From contig CM059432.1 of NCBI GenBank assembly GCA_030390025.1, positions 5,270,001 through 5,334,000 on the forward strand: a DNA stretch of 64,000 bases, written 5' to 3'. The position numbers and the translations under genes were made by a program. Of the stretch, positions 62,141 to 64,000 are shown piece by piece. The DNA is from Squalus acanthias (taxonomy: Eukaryota). The notes beneath the pieces were generated by a model that had not been told where the DNA came from, ran no database searches, and worked only from the letters and a program-made list of their open reading frames with translations. The first letter of the stretch is position 1. Every line of letters begins with the position of its first letter.

Positions 62141-63087
62141 AGTTGCTTATTTAAAATTGTTGAGTTGTGACTTCACTTTTTTTAATTTTAAAAGTAACAT
62201 TTTGTAGGTTATAAGATTTTCAAGAATAAAATTGTACTTTTGGTTGACTGCTCAAAACAATCTGGGTCTGCATGAGTATTGCATAGTTTTTCCTGCGGGA
62301 GAGAGGTGTGCCTTATATCAAATGGGGGGGGGGGGGGGGAACTGCTAAGAGTTAATCCTGAATCTGCCGTTCAACCTTTCTGCTGGATTCTGTCTGAAAA
62401 TTCAAAGGGGTACAGTCCTAAAAGATGGTCAATTTCAAAATAATTTGTTCACAAATGCAGACCTTTTAATCAAGCGTTTCACACAGTATGCTGCTGTGTT
62501 GTAGCAGAATCTAGCTTGTAACTTTGCACCACCGGTCCCTTCACCCTGCACAGTCTGAACAAAAGACCACTGTAACTACATGACTGCAAGCACTCTGTAG
62601 GCAAGCTGAAGAAATGCTGATGGGAACCTTTTTAACTGGTGCGGTATAAAGCTGGATTTTGTGTTGCCGTTTCCTTCACTGGCACTGATTTTCGCTCACT
62701 ATAACTGTTTATAAATAGAAAATCATGGTCAAAGCTATGGTATGGTGACCATCTCCACCTGTGAGGCATATAACTCAATTGTTTGCTTGATCAGTGTTGC
62801 TTGTGGTGAGATTTGATGAGAGAATGGTCGTCTCTGCCACCCTCTCGTTCCATGAAAGTTTGACTTGTAAGAAAGAATAACATGTTGGGATTGAGAAAGG
62901 CCGTTTGATCCATTGGAGCCCATCCTTTCAGTAGATTAACTCCTATCATCATTGTAATTTTTAATAACACAGGTGTTTTTTTCGCCAATAGATTGGTAGG
63001 TGGTTCCAATTATTTCTCATTCTCAGTAATTAATTAAGTTTTTCCTGATGTGCTCAAAATTTGCTTTCCACTCATCTGTGTGCCACA

Positions 63088-63545
63088 GTGTCAGCCGTGG
63101 CTCAGTGGGTAGCACCCTCGCCTCTGAGTCAGAAGGTTGTGGGTTCAAGTCCCACCCCAGAGACTTGAGCACAAAAATCTAGGCTGACACTCCAGTACAG
63201 TGCTGAGGGAGTGTTGCACTGTCGGAGGTGCCGTCTTTCGGATGAGACGTTAAACCGAGGCCCCGTCTGCCCCCTCAGGTGGACGTAAAAGATCCCACGG
63301 CCACTATTTCGAGCAGGGGGCGTTTTCCCTGGTGTTCTGGCCAATATTTATCCCTCAATCGACATCACTAAAACAGATTATCTGGTCATTATCATATTGC
63401 TGTTTGTAGGAGCTTGCTGTGTGCAAAATTGTCTGCTGTGTTTCCAACATTAAAACAGTGACTACACTTGAAAAAGTAGTTCATTGACTAAAGTGCCTTT
63501 GGGATATCCAGTGGTCGTGAAAGGCGCTATATAAAATGTCTTTCC
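63088..63545 (+). mobile_element. Full-length Deu-domain SINE
   Basis: A/B boxes, Deu core, tail. Confidence 0.88.
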
Positions 63546-64000
63546 TCTTTCTATTCTGATCCTGTTTTCTTGATGCACTCTGAACTGTTGATCTGGGTTT
63601 ACTTGTCTACAACCATTGAATATTTTACACAATTTGAAATGGTTCATCCTTAACCATCAAAACTGTGAAACTTTAATCCCTCTAAACTTTCTTCATAATT
63701 CAACCTTTTATATTTGTTTTTTTGTATCCTTTCGAACTGTATCCTAATGACCATGACTGAGTGCCGTGTTCTCGGTTTGGGCTAACCAGAGTATTCCAGA
63801 GCTTAAGCATAACAGGTGTAGACTTGGACTCTAATGTTTTAGACCTATATCCTAGTATGCTATTGGTGTTTTATAGCATTGCCACACTGAAAGTTGAGTC
63901 TACTTTTACATAAGAGTTTACAGCACAGAAACAGACCATTCGGCCCAACTGCTCTCTGTCGATGCTTATGCTCCACACGAGCCTCCTCCCACCCTACTTT

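Noticed and set aside
63095..63165. tRNA genes at SINE heads
   Set aside because: A/B boxes run straight into the SINE body and no full cloverleaf is seen

Overview
Eukaryotic, repeat-rich vertebrate DNA, most likely from a cartilaginous fish (inferred from the Deu-domain SINE, CR1, L2 and Penelope repertoire). It holds 14 plus-strand coding exons (exons 2-15, about 3471-41756) of a meprin A beta (MEP1B-like) gene. They splice with GT-AG junctions into one open frame of about 753 aa, and the signal-peptide exon was not found in the window. One exon carries a 14-aa Pro/Thr/Ser tandem repeat stalk. The first coding exon and CpG island of a metadherin (MTDH/LYRIC)-like gene start at 58238. Most of the rest is transposable elements: many CR1 and L2 LINE fragments, one near full-length CR1, Deu-SINEs, Tx1 and RTE fragments, a Harbinger Myb/SANT gene relic and several MITEs with 3-bp target-site duplications (TSDs). 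There are also Penelope-derived mini-elements with minimal hammerhead ribozyme motifs, a 28S rRNA fragment, and a young, nearly intact Gypsy LTR retrotransposon. That element has no tRNA-type primer site but has an 11-nt segment complementary to its own LTR (possible self-priming) and a YLDN RT motif. All coordinates were read by eye, and TE boundaries without TSDs are approximate.
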